A stretch of DNA of 64,000 nucleotides. Source: an uncultured Acidobacteriota bacterium (GTDB taxonomy: Bacteria > Acidobacteriota > Thermoanaerobaculia > Gp7-AA8). The notes below the pieces were generated by a model. It saw nothing but the letters and a program-made list of their open reading frames with translations, did no database searches and had not been told where the DNA came from. The stretch lies in NCBI GenBank assembly GCA_963822445.1, contig CAWGHO010000002.1, forward strand, positions 1,344,001 through 1,408,000. Direction: 5' to 3'. Each line of letters starts with the position of its first letter. The stretch's first letter is position 1. Positions 10,378-20,822 of the stretch are shown here, one piece after another. A program made the position numbers and the translations under genes.

Positions 10378-10904
10378 CGGCCCCGGGTCGCGCCTTCGTA
10401 GAATCCGAACAGATGCTTGAACGTAGGGGTGAACTCGCGACCACCGCTCACCAGCAGTTCGCGGATCGTGCTGAGAGGCAAGAACTCTACGGCCGCGATG
10501 TGGCCGGACTCGATTTGAAATGGACCGTCCATGACTGTTTCGAACAAGGTAATGAACTTCGACGACGCGGAGTCAGCCATGACGGTGGCTCCCACCTCCC
10601 GGACGTGACCAAGGACTCCGATTTCCTGTGATGCACGCCGCGCGATCGCGTTTTCGTAGGTCTCTCCGCTGAAGAGATACGCGGCAACGGACGAACCCCA
10701 GGCAAGCGGATGGCGCTCACGGGTTGCTGCAAGCTGCTGAATCAAGAGCTCACCGGCGGAGTTGAAAACAAAGAGATGAGCGACACGAAAATTCAGGCCT
10801 GAGGGAAGCACCTCGCGTCGGCGAACGACACCGACTGGGACGTCAGCGCGGTCGACTGCGTCGATCAGCATATCTGGCCCGGGATTAGGAAAGACCGCAC
10901 TCAC
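10374..10904 (-). CDS. NUDIX-fold protein, IDI/YfcD-like, degenerate motif
   Basis: VDRADVPVG...RVAHLFVFNSAGELLIQ...GETYENAIARRASQEIG...FTPTF. Confidence 0.85.
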   Translation of the reverse strand: MSAVFPNPGPDMLIDAVDRADVPVGVVRRREVLPSGLNFRVAHLFVFNSAGELLIQQLAATRERHPLAWGSSVAAYLFSGETYENAIARRASQEIGVLGHVREVGATVMADSASSKFITLFETVMDGPFQIESGHIAAVEFLPLSTIRELLVSGGREFTPTFKHLFGFYEGATRGR

Positions 10905-10919
10905 GATAGGTTCCCCCGT

Positions 10920-11342
10920 TCAGGACGCGCGACGTTTCCGCGCGCGCTTGCTTGCTGCGCGCTTCGGAGGCATTCGTGTGACAAAGCCACTGGTTGCGTC
11001 GAGGATCTCCGCGGCGCGCTCTCGCGCTATGCGGATAGCCTCATGCTCTGAGATCCGCTGACGATATTCCGTCCTTTCTGTCGCCGACGGCGTTGCCTCC
11101 CGGGGCAAGCGCGCGATCGAGTTACTTGCAGCCACGTGCAGTGACCGGCTCTTAGGCTCAACCTTTTCTAGAAATCGCCGGAGAAGTTCTTCCACGAGTG
11201 CGTCTCGCATACCGTGGCCGTGTCGCTCTGCGATGGCATTGAAGTCGAAAACGAGCTGCTGAGGCAGCGAGGCGTTTAGCTGCTTCCTGCCGGTAAGTTC
11301 TTTCTTCGATCCCGAAGGCTTCGTCTGGACTGGTCTAGCCAT
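10920..11342 (-). CDS. Ribbon-helix-helix (CopG/Arc-like) regulator with C-terminal extension
   Basis: KQLNASL strand, PQQLVFDFNAIAERHG helix, MRDALVEELLRRFLEK helix; GGAG just upstream of ATG. Confidence 0.65.
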   Translation of the reverse strand: MARPVQTKPSGSKKELTGRKQLNASLPQQLVFDFNAIAERHGHGMRDALVEELLRRFLEKVEPKSRSLHVAASNSIARLPREATPSATERTEYRQRISEHEAIRIARERAAEILDATSGFVTRMPPKRAASKRARKRRAS

Positions 11343-11350
11343 GGCTCCAA

Positions 11351-11379
11351 TTTCTAGAAATATACTCCGTTTCTAGAAA
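11351..11379. promoter_or_regulatory. Paired palindromic operator TTTCTAGAAA
   Basis: Perfect 10-bp palindromes at 11351-11360 and 11370-11379 bracketing TATACT; third copy at 11165-11174. Confidence 0.7.
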
Positions 11380-11466
11380 AGCAGGATGGTGGCAAGCGCA
11401 GTTTTCATGAACCGCCGGTGCCGTATTTCCCTACCCGGACGCGTATCATGACGGCCGGTCCATTCC

Positions 11467-12174
11467 ATGACGGTCGCCCCCTTTCCGACGACGCGCCGCA
11501 GCGTCATCGTCGCGCTCTCCAGCGATGACTCCGCCGAGCGGACGCGCGCGTTCGACACGCTCGTCGCCTGCTACTGGAAGCCGCTCTACAAGTACGCGAG
11601 AGTGGCGTTCCGCAGGGCTCGCGAAGATGCCGAGGATCTCACCCAGGCGTTTTTCGCTCGTGCGTTCGAGAAGGAATCGCTCGCGAGTTACGACGCGGCG
11701 CGCGCCAGCTTCCGCACCTTCCTGCGATTGCTGTTCGATCGCTTTGCGTCGAACGAGTGGAAAGCCGAACAGGCGCTCAAGCGCGGTGGCGGCGAGGTCC
11801 ATCTCGACTTCGAGTCGGCGGAAGCGGAGATCGGTCGCGAAGCCTCGACCGTGACGCCCGACGAGTACTTTCAGCGCGAATGGGTGCGCAGTGTGTTCGC
11901 GCTCGCTGTCGACCGCCTTCGCGCGCGCTGCGAGGAAGAAGGAAAGCAGAAGCATTTCGCCGTCTTCGAAGCGTACGACCTCGATGACGACCGCGGAGTT
12001 TCCTACCGCGAGCTCGCCGTGCGCTTCGACATCCCCGAAACACAGGTCACGAACTACCTCGCCGCGATGCGCCGCCGTTTCCGCGAGACCGTTCTCGACG
12101 CGTTGCGCGAGGTGACCGCGACGGACCAGGAGTTTCGCGCGGAAGCTCGTGCGCTTCTGGGAGCGGGCGTTTGA
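11467..12174 (+). CDS. ECF sigma-70 factor (kinase-associated type)
   Basis: FPTTRRS, YWKPLYKY, DAEDLTQAFF, SFRTFL, region-4 HTH SYRELAVRF. Confidence 0.9.
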   Translation: MTVAPFPTTRRSVIVALSSDDSAERTRAFDTLVACYWKPLYKYARVAFRRAREDAEDLTQAFFARAFEKESLASYDAARASFRTFLRLLFDRFASNEWKAEQALKRGGGEVHLDFESAEAEIGREASTVTPDEYFQREWVRSVFALAVDRLRARCEEEGKQKHFAVFEAYDLDDDRGVSYRELAVRFDIPETQVTNYLAAMRRRFRETVLDALREVTATDQEFRAEARALLGAGV

Positions 12175-13034
12175 CCTGGCTCTCCGACGACGCGGTCACG
12201 CGCCTGCGCGAAGTCGCCGAGCTGCCCGATCTCACCGGCACGCGCTACGAGATCGTCTCCGAGCTCGGTCGCGGCGGCATGGGCATCGTCTACGAGGTCC
12301 ACGACAACGAGCTGCAGCGCAACGTGGCCATGAAGGTTGCCACCGAGGATTGGTCGCGGGAGGCTCGGATCATCGCCAGACTCGAGCATCCCGGCATCGT
12401 TCCGGTGCATGACGCGGGTGAGCTTCCCGACGGCCGTTTCTTCTACACGATGAAGCTCGTGCGCGGTACGCGCCTCGATGAGTGGGCCAGGCAGCCGCAG
12501 AGCCTTACCCAGCGCCTGCGTCTCTTCGCGCGCATCTGCGAGCCGGTCGCGTTCGCGCACGCGAACGGCGTCATTCATCGCGATCTCAAACCGGAGAACG
12601 TGATGGTCGGCGACCTCGGCGCGGTGCTGGTCATGGATTGGGGCGTCGCTCGCGCATCCGAAGAGCATGACGGCGTGGTGGCGGGCACGTTCGGCTACAT
12701 GGCGCCGGAGCAGGCTCGCGGCGACCGCGCCGACCCGCGCTCCGACGTCTACGCCCTCGGCGCAATTCTGAAGTTCCTCCTCGCGAAAGCGCCGCGGCCT
12801 CTCGCGGCAATCGCGAACAAGGCCATGAGCGCCGATCCTGCCGCGCGTTACGCGGATGCCTGCGAGCTGCGCGATGACGTGCTGCGCTTTCTCGATGGCG
12901 AGCCGGTCACCGCGTATCGCGAATCGATCCTCGAGCGCGTGGCGCGATGGGCGGGTCGCAATCGCGTGCTGCTCGCACTCATCGCCGCGTACCTGCTCAT
13001 GCGGGTGATCGTCTTCCTCTCGTTCCGGCTCTAA
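12171..13034 (+). CDS. Hanks-type Ser/Thr protein kinase with C-terminal TM
   Basis: GRGGMG, VAMK, HRDLKPEN, DWG, GTFGYMAPE, SDVYALG; TTGA overlap with the sigma gene. Confidence 0.93.
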   Translation: MTWLSDDAVTRLREVAELPDLTGTRYEIVSELGRGGMGIVYEVHDNELQRNVAMKVATEDWSREARIIARLEHPGIVPVHDAGELPDGRFFYTMKLVRGTRLDEWARQPQSLTQRLRLFARICEPVAFAHANGVIHRDLKPENVMVGDLGAVLVMDWGVARASEEHDGVVAGTFGYMAPEQARGDRADPRSDVYALGAILKFLLAKAPRPLAAIANKAMSADPAARYADACELRDDVLRFLDGEPVTAYRESILERVARWAGRNRVLLALIAAYLLMRVIVFLSFRL

Positions 13035-13079
13035 AGGATTTCAAGGCGATGCTGAATATGGCTTGTGGAGGACAGTGAC

Positions 13080-13454
13080 ATGAACAAGATCCTGGTGGGA
13101 GTCATCGCCGGCGCGCTCCTCGGCGCGATCGACGGAGCGACGGCCTGGTTCGAGCCGTCCGTGCGGCCGCAGATTCTGATGATCGTCTTTCTCTCGACGA
13201 TCAAGGGCGTCATCGCCGGCATCGCCGCGGGCTGGTTCGCCCGCAAAGTGCAGTCCGTGCCGAAAGGCATCGCCTTCGGTTTCGTGGTCGGTCTCGTGCT
13301 GGCGTTCCTGGTGGCGATGAACCCCGATCCGAACACCGGCGAGCATTACTGGTGGCAGATCATGCTTCCGGGCAGCGTCCTGGGCGGCGTCATCGGCTGG
13401 GCCACGCAGCGTTACGGACGTCCTGCATCATCCGTGCGCGCGGCGATGGCCTAA
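13080..13454 (+). CDS. Small four-TM membrane protein
   Basis: GGAGG SD before ATG 13080; four hydrophobic Gly-rich helices. Confidence 0.75.
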   Translation: MNKILVGVIAGALLGAIDGATAWFEPSVRPQILMIVFLSTIKGVIAGIAAGWFARKVQSVPKGIAFGFVVGLVLAFLVAMNPDPNTGEHYWWQIMLPGSVLGGVIGWATQRYGRPASSVRAAMA

Positions 13455-14815
13455 GCGATCCATACGGTCTTGATGTTCACGAACTCGCGGATTCCGTAGA
13501 CGCCGAGCTCGCGCCCGAACCCGGAGCGCTTCACGCCGCCGAACGGAATCCGCGGGTCAGACGCCACCATGGCGTTGACGAACACCAATCCCGCTTCGAT
13601 GCCGGCGATGAAGCGATCCGCCTCCGCGTCATCGTTCGTCCAGACGCTCGCGCCCAGTCCGAATTCGGTCGCATTGGCGAGCATGATCGCTTCCTCGACG
13701 TTCTTCACGCGAAACAGCGAGGCCACCGGCCCGAATGTTTCTTCGGCAAAAACCGGCGCTGAGTCCGGGATGTCGCGCAGCACCGTCGGCGCGTAGAAGT
13801 TCCCCCGCTCGCCGATGCGCTTGCCGCCGGTGAGCAGCGTCGCCCCGGCGTCGATGCTCGCCGCGACCTGCTTCTCCAGGTCGTTCACGATCTGGGGCAT
13901 GGCCATCGGGCCGACGTCGACCGATTCATCGAGCGGATCGCCGACCTTCAGCGATTCAATCGCGGCCACGAATTTCTTCTCGAACTCGTCGGCGACTTCT
14001 TCATGAACGATGAACCGTTTCGCGGCAATGCAGGACTGGCCGTTGTTGACGATCCGCGCGCGGATGGCCGTTTTCACCGCGGCTTCCATGTCCGCCGAAG
14101 CCATGACGATCAGCGGATCGCTGCCGCCCAGCTCCAGCACGCTCTTCTTGATCTGCTTCGCGGCGGCCGAAGCCACGCTCGCACCCGCAGCCTCGCCTCC
14201 GGTCAACGTTGCTGCTTTCACGCGGTCGTCATCGAGCAGCGCCGCAACCTGATCCGCACCGATCAGCAGGGTCTGAAATTCGCCCGCATCGAAACCGGCC
14301 TCGCGAAAGATGTCCTCGATCGCCAGAGCGCACTGCGGCACGTTCGAGGCGTGCTTGAGTAGCCCCACGTTGCCCGCCATGAGCGCGGGCGCGGCAAACC
14401 GGAAAACCTGCCAGAACGGGAAGTTCCACGGCATGACCGCGAGGATTGCGCCGAGGGGATCGAAGCGGACGTAGCTCGCCTTCGCGCCGGTCGCCACATG
14501 CTCCTCGGCCAGATAGGCCTCGCCGTGATCGGCGTAGTGCCGGCACACCATCGCGCACTTCTGCACCTCGGCCACCGAGGCCTTGATCGGCTTGCCCATC
14601 TCGATGGTGATCGTCCGCGCCAGCTCCTCCGCGCGTGCGTCGAGGATGTCCGCAACTCTGCGGAGGAGGCCGGCGCGCTCGGCAAACGAGCGTTTTCGAT
14701 TGACGACGAAGGCGTCCGCGGCGCGCTGCAGCTTCTGCTCGATGTCGACCGCGCTGAGAGGCTCGAAGGTGGCGATGGTCTCGCCGGTGGCTGGGTTGAC
14801 GGTGGCAATGGCCAT
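13451..14815 (-). CDS. NAD(P)-dependent succinate-semialdehyde dehydrogenase family aldehyde dehydrogenase
   Basis: Start [12 protein letters not shown]; [36 protein letters not shown]. Confidence 0.92.
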   Translation of the reverse strand: MAIATVNPATGETIATFEPLSAVDIEQKLQRAADAFVVNRKRSFAERAGLLRRVADILDARAEELARTITIEMGKPIKASVAEVQKCAMVCRHYADHGEAYLAEEHVATGAKASYVRFDPLGAILAVMPWNFPFWQVFRFAAPALMAGNVGLLKHASNVPQCALAIEDIFREAGFDAGEFQTLLIGADQVAALLDDDRVKAATLTGGEAAGASVASAAAKQIKKSVLELGGSDPLIVMASADMEAAVKTAIRARIVNNGQSCIAAKRFIVHEEVADEFEKKFVAAIESLKVGDPLDESVDVGPMAMPQIVNDLEKQVAASIDAGATLLTGGKRIGERGNFYAPTVLRDIPDSAPVFAEETFGPVASLFRVKNVEEAIMLANATEFGLGASVWTNDDAEADRFIAGIEAGLVFVNAMVASDPRIPFGGVKRSGFGRELGVYGIREFVNIKTVWIA

Positions 14816-14882
14816 GACGGGCGAAATGATATTCGGCGGGTAGCGCGTCTTATCGCCACTGTCATAGCGGCTTGCACGAATT

Positions 14883-14926
14883 TGTAAACGGCTATTGACA
14901 AACGGCGTTAGTGAACGCACGTTTAC
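14883..14926. promoter_or_regulatory. Putative TetR operator / divergent promoter region
   Basis: Imperfect palindromes TGTAAACGGCTATTGACA (contains TTGACA) and GTGAACGCACGTTTAC just before the tetR ATG. Confidence 0.5.
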
Positions 14927-14932
14927 ATACGC

Positions 14933-15727
14933 ATGGGCCGTCCACCTCGCATTACGCGCCAACAGATCCTCGACGCCGCCAAGACAGCGTTCGCCGAGCG
15001 CGGCTTCGCCTCGACCACCCTCGCCGACATCGCCGGACACCTCGGCGTCACCCCCGCGGCGATCCTCCGCTACTTCGCCACGAAGCAGGAGCTGTTCACC
15101 GCGGCCATGAGCTCGCGCGAGCTGCGCTTCCCGAAAGCTCTCGAGGACCTCGTCCAAAGCGATCCCGCTGCCGACCCGCGCGTCGTCCTGCGCGGATTCG
15201 CGGAGCAGGTCGTGCCGTTCCTGCAGTCGGTCATCGGGTCGGCGATCGCCGTGCAGATGCACATGCGCGCGCGGCAGACCACGCTGGTCGTTCCGTTCGA
15301 TACGGCCGCGGAAGAAGCACCGCCGCGGCGCGCGCTCCGCCTGATCTCCGACTACTTCCGCCGGGCCATGAAGGCCGGTGTCGTCCGCGAGGCTGATCCC
15401 CGCGCGATGGCGCTGCTCTTCATCGGCCAGCTCCATTCCTACGTGCTCATTCACTCGGTGCTCAACGTCACTCCCGTTTATCCCCTCGATCGTTATCTCG
15501 ACACGCTCATCGGCCTCTGGACCGAAGGAGCGTTCGTCGCTGGAGTTGCAGATGGTGAAGAAAATCGTGCTCGCCCTGGTCGTTCTCGCCGGAGCAGCGG
15601 CGGCGCTGTTGTTCCTGCGAAAACAGAACGAGCCGAAGCCTCTGGTGCTGTCAGGAACCGTGGAGGCGCGGACGGTCAACGTGGGGTCGCTGGTCGGCGG
15701 CCGCGTAACGCGCGTCCACGTCGATGA
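14933..15727 (+). CDS. TetR/AcrR family regulator
   Basis: MGRPPRITRQQILDAA...GFASTTLADIA...YFATKQELF HTH; 3' end overlaps the next gene. Confidence 0.9.
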   Translation: MGRPPRITRQQILDAAKTAFAERGFASTTLADIAGHLGVTPAAILRYFATKQELFTAAMSSRELRFPKALEDLVQSDPAADPRVVLRGFAEQVVPFLQSVIGSAIAVQMHMRARQTTLVVPFDTAAEEAPPRRALRLISDYFRRAMKAGVVREADPRAMALLFIGQLHSYVLIHSVLNVTPVYPLDRYLDTLIGLWTEGAFVAGVADGEENRARPGRSRRSSGGAVVPAKTERAEASGAVRNRGGADGQRGVAGRRPRNARPRR

Positions 15728-16496
15728 AGGTCATGCCGTCGTTCCCGGACAGGTGTTGGTAACGCTCGAAACGGAGACGCTGGATCGCCAGCTCGCCGAG
15801 CAACAGGCCGCCATTGCCACGGCACGCGCGACTCTGGCGAATGTCGCGGCCGGTCCGCGCGACGAAGAAATCCGGCGGGCCGCCGCCATTGCCGAGAACG
15901 ACGCGCGCAACGCGCGACATCAGGCGAAGCTCTTTCGCGAAGGCGTCGTGGCGAAGCAGTTGGCCGATGACGCCGCCACGAAAGCCAAGGCGTCCGCCGA
16001 GGACCTGCGCATGCTTCGGGAGGGCACTCGCCCCGAAGAGATCGAGACGGCGCGTGCGCAACTCGCGCAACAGGAGCGAAAGCTCGCCACGCTGCAGCAG
16101 CAACGCGACGAAACGCTCGTGCGATCGACGGTCGCCGGCACCGTGCAGTCGTTCGGACTTCGCCCCGGCGACATCGTGGCTCCGAATCAAACCGTTGCGG
16201 AGATCCTCGAGCCGCGGGAGCTCTGGGTCCGCGTCTACGTCCCCGAAACCCTCCTGGGCCTGGTCCGCACGAACATGCCGGTGAAGGTTCGCGTCGATAC
16301 GTTTCCGAACCTCTGGTTCAACGCGCGCGTCGCGAGCATCGCCAGCGAAGGCGAATACACACCGCGCAACGTGCAGACGCGCGCGCAACGCGCCGAGCAG
16401 GTGTTCGGCGTGAAGGTCGTGCTGAATCCCGATCCGCGTCTCAAGCCGGGGATGGCCGCCGAGGTCGATCTCGGCGTGGAAGGCAACGCGAAATGA
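15552..16496 (+). CDS. HlyD-family membrane fusion protein (YbhG-like)
   Basis: N-terminal TM, SGTVEA, coiled coil, EYTPRNVQT, LKPGM. Confidence 0.9.
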   Translation: MVKKIVLALVVLAGAAAALLFLRKQNEPKPLVLSGTVEARTVNVGSLVGGRVTRVHVDEGHAVVPGQVLVTLETETLDRQLAEQQAAIATARATLANVAAGPRDEEIRRAAAIAENDARNARHQAKLFREGVVAKQLADDAATKAKASAEDLRMLREGTRPEEIETARAQLAQQERKLATLQQQRDETLVRSTVAGTVQSFGLRPGDIVAPNQTVAEILEPRELWVRVYVPETLLGLVRTNMPVKVRVDTFPNLWFNARVASIASEGEYTPRNVQTRAQRAEQVFGVKVVLNPDPRLKPGMAAEVDLGVEGNAK

Positions 16497-17446
16497 GCGC
16501 GGAGATCGGCATCGACGTGCAGAACGTGACCAAGCACTTCGGTCATGTCCAGGCGCTCAACGACGTCACGTTGCAGGTCCGCCGCGGCGAGATCTTCGGC
16601 CTCCTCGGCCCGAACGGCTCCGGTAAGTCGACGCTCATCCGCATCCTTTGTGGATTGCTGAAGCCGACCTCGGGGCGCGGGACCGTCGATGGGCTGGACG
16701 TCGAGCGCGAAGGCGAGGAAGTGCGCCGCCGCATCGGGTATGTCTCGCAAGCCTTCTCGCTCTATCGCGATCTGACCGTCGACGAGAACCTCGACTTCTT
16801 CAGCTCGATCTACGGATTGCGGGGCGCGGAGCGGGAGGAACGGAAGGAGTGGGCCATCGAGCTCACCCACATCGCGCCGTATCGCGATCGGCTCGCCGGC
16901 GCGCTCTCCGGCGGTTGGAAACAGCGTCTCGCGCTGGCCGCGGCGCTGATGCATCGCCCGCAGGTTCTCTTTCTCGATGAGCCGACCGCGGGCATCGATC
17001 CCGTCGCGCGACGCGAGCTGTGGGATCTCCTCTTCGGCCTCGCCGGACAGGGCGTGACCATGTTCGTGACCACGCACTATATGGACGAAGCGGAGCGCTG
17101 CGGGACGGTCGCGTACCTGTATCTCTCGCGGCTCATCGTCAGCGGGCATCCGGAGACGCTCAAGCAATTGCCGGAGGTCACGCCGCGCGGCATGCGGCGC
17201 GTGCAGGCGGAGTGTCGCGAAGGCGTAGCCTCGCTGATGGCCTCCGCGCGGACGCTGCCATACGTCCATGCCTCGACGATCTTCGGAACCTCGCTACATC
17301 TGCTCGTCGACGAGCACATCTCAAATCAGAAGATCGACGAGGACCTCGAAGCGTTCGGCATCAGCTCGGTGACCGTGCAGGACATCGCGCCGACGCTGGA
17401 AGATGTGTTCGTGCGGTTGACGGAACTCGAGGCGGCCAACGCATGA
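16493..17446 (+). CDS. ABC transporter ATP-binding protein
   Basis: GPNGSGKS, LSGGWKQR, FLDEPT, TTH. Confidence 0.95.
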   Translation: MSAEIGIDVQNVTKHFGHVQALNDVTLQVRRGEIFGLLGPNGSGKSTLIRILCGLLKPTSGRGTVDGLDVEREGEEVRRRIGYVSQAFSLYRDLTVDENLDFFSSIYGLRGAEREERKEWAIELTHIAPYRDRLAGALSGGWKQRLALAAALMHRPQVLFLDEPTAGIDPVARRELWDLLFGLAGQGVTMFVTTHYMDEAERCGTVAYLYLSRLIVSGHPETLKQLPEVTPRGMRRVQAECREGVASLMASARTLPYVHASTIFGTSLHLLVDEHISNQKIDEDLEAFGISSVTVQDIAPTLEDVFVRLTELEAANA

Positions 17447-18528
17447 GAGGGTTCACGGCGATCTTCCGCAAAGAGCTGACGCAGATGATGCGCGACCGGA
17501 CCACGCTGATGTTCGCGCTGGCCGTGCCGGTGTTCGAGCTGATTCTGTTCGGCGTGATCGACATGAACGCGAAGAACATCCCCACGATCGTGTTCGATCA
17601 GAGCCGCACCCAGGAGAGCCGCCGCCTGGTCGAGCAGTTCGGCGCGACGTCGTATCTGAAGCTCGTCGATTACGCGCAGTCACGCGGCGAGCTGCAGAAC
17701 GCGATCGTTTCCGGGCACGCGCAGGTTGCTGTCGAGATTCCGCCGGACTACGCGCGCGATCTCGCCTCGAATCGCGACGCGCATGTGCTGGTGCTGATCG
17801 ACGGATCGGACTCGAGCGTGGCCAATCAGGCCCTCGCCGCGGCGAACGGCGTGGTGCTGAGCGAAGGGATCCGCGGCACCAAACCCCGAGTGGAAGCGCA
17901 TCCGATCATGATGTTCAACCCGGACATGCGCAGCGCGAACCTGCTCATCCCCGGCCTGATCGCGATTCTCCTGACGTTCTCCGGAACGATCCTGTCCGCG
18001 TTTGCCATCGTGAAGGAACGCGAACGCGGCACGCTCGAGCAGCTCATGGTCACGCCCGTCTCACCGCTGGCCGTGGTGATGGGCAAGATCCTCCCGTACA
18101 TGGGCGTCGCGTACGGAACGCTGGTCATCGTGCTCCTGCTCATGCGCTTCCTCTTCCGTGTGCCCTTCAACGGAAGCGTGACCCTGCTCCTCGTCCTCTC
18201 GTCGGTCTACCTGCTGGCGTTGTTGTCGTTCGGCTTGCTGATCTCCTCGCGGGCCGGCTCCCAGATGGAAGCGATGCAGATGGCCATGGGGGTGATGCTG
18301 CCGTCAGTCCTGCTGTCGGGCTACGTGTTTCCGCTGGCGTCGTTGCCGGTGCCGTTGCGTGCGGTCTCATACGCCCTGCCAGCAACTCACTTCATCAAGA
18401 TCGCGAGAGGGATCGTGATTCGAGGGGCGACGTTTGCGGATTTGTGGGAACCGGTGGTCGCGCTGCTCGCGATCTCGGCGATCTTGATTGGGGTTAGTGC
18501 GCGGGCGTTCAGGAAGACGGTGACGTAA
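17443..18528 (+). CDS. ABC-2 type permease (YbhR/S-like)
   Basis: KELTQMMRD, KERERGTLEQLMVTP, LLSGYVFP; ATGA coupling. Confidence 0.92.
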   Translation: MRGFTAIFRKELTQMMRDRTTLMFALAVPVFELILFGVIDMNAKNIPTIVFDQSRTQESRRLVEQFGATSYLKLVDYAQSRGELQNAIVSGHAQVAVEIPPDYARDLASNRDAHVLVLIDGSDSSVANQALAAANGVVLSEGIRGTKPRVEAHPIMMFNPDMRSANLLIPGLIAILLTFSGTILSAFAIVKERERGTLEQLMVTPVSPLAVVMGKILPYMGVAYGTLVIVLLLMRFLFRVPFNGSVTLLLVLSSVYLLALLSFGLLISSRAGSQMEAMQMAMGVMLPSVLLSGYVFPLASLPVPLRAVSYALPATHFIKIARGIVIRGATFADLWEPVVALLAISAILIGVSARAFRKTVT

Positions 18529-18540
18529 ACTTACGGACCG

Positions 18541-18762
18541 ATGACTCGGACGTTCACAGCTGTAATTCAACCGGCAGAGGAAGGCGGTTACGTCGCCTGG
18601 GTTGAAGAGCTTCCGGGCGCGAACAGCCAGGGAGAGACGCTCGAAGAAACTCGGGAGAACCTGAAAGAGGCGATTCAGCTCATCCTCGAGGTCAACCGCG
18701 AGCGAGCCCTCGAAAACGTCGACGAGTCGATCGTGATCAGGGAAGAGATCGTCGTCGCGTAA
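18541..18762 (+). CDS. hicB: HicB-family antitoxin (short, no adjacent hicA)
   Basis: AEEGGYVAWVEELPGANSQGETLEETRENLKEAI. Confidence 0.85.
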   Translation: MTRTFTAVIQPAEEGGYVAWVEELPGANSQGETLEETRENLKEAIQLILEVNRERALENVDESIVIREEIVVA

Positions 18763-18818
18763 TCAGCCCGGGCTGCGAACGCCGAGGTCGCGGACCAGCG
18801 TGCAAAGGTCCCGACGCT

Positions 18819-20219
<1,401 letters not shown>

Positions 20220-20266
20220 TTATCGTGCACCAGCCTTTGGCAATCAGCGCAGCCGGCCGTGCCGGC

Positions 20267-20806
20267 TCAGAGTGTCTCCACGGTGATGTTGTCGTTCGTG
20301 TAGATGCAGATCTGCGAGGCGACGAGCATCGATTCCTTCGCGATCTCCGCCGCCGGCATCTGCGTGTGCTTCATCAGCGCGCGGGCCGCGGCGAGCGCGA
20401 AGGAACCGCCGGACCCGATCGCCAGGATGCCGTCGTCGGGCTGGATCAGGTCGCCGGTGCCGGAGATCAGGTAAGCCTTCTCGTTGTTCGCCACGATCAG
20501 CATCGCCTGCAACTGGCGCAGGTACTTGTCCATCCGCCAGTCCTTGGCCAGCTCCACGACGGAGCGCTCCATGTTGCCGCGGTACTCCTCCAGCTTGGCC
20601 TCGAAGCGCGAGAAGAGCGCGAACGCGTCGGCGGCGGAACCAGCGAAACCGGCCAGGATCTTGTCGTGGTACATCCGGCGCACTTTCGCGGCGCCGTGCT
20701 TCATGACCGTGTTGCCGATCGTGACCTGGCCGTCTCCGGCCATCGCCACCTGCCCGTCGCGGCGAATGCACACGACCGTCGTAGCGTGAATGCGGGGTTC
20801 TTCCAT
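20267..20806 (-). CDS. hslV: ATP-dependent protease subunit HslV
   Basis: HATT N-terminal Thr, AGDGQVT, GFAG, IGSGG, CIYTN. Confidence 0.98.
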   Translation of the reverse strand: MEEPRIHATTVVCIRRDGQVAMAGDGQVTIGNTVMKHGAAKVRRMYHDKILAGFAGSAADAFALFSRFEAKLEEYRGNMERSVVELAKDWRMDKYLRQLQAMLIVANNEKAYLISGTGDLIQPDDGILAIGSGGSFALAAARALMKHTQMPAAEIAKESMLVASQICIYTNDNITVETL

Positions 20807-20822
20807 GGCGCCGCGGATCGTA

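Noticed and set aside
10374-10904. Calling the NUDIX gene idi
   Set aside because: The catalytic Cys segment and metal-binding residues of type-1 IDI are not evident, and there are no isoprenoid genes nearby.
5560-11400. tRNA-Asn-anchored genomic island
   Set aside because: No integrase and no repeat of the tRNA 3' end seen by eye; the Cache gene has host-like composition.
14816-15679. N-terminal 287 aa of the 742-aa minus-strand ORF, suggesting an ALDH fusion
   Set aside because: It is the antisense of tetR; the aldehyde dehydrogenase begins at ATG 14815.
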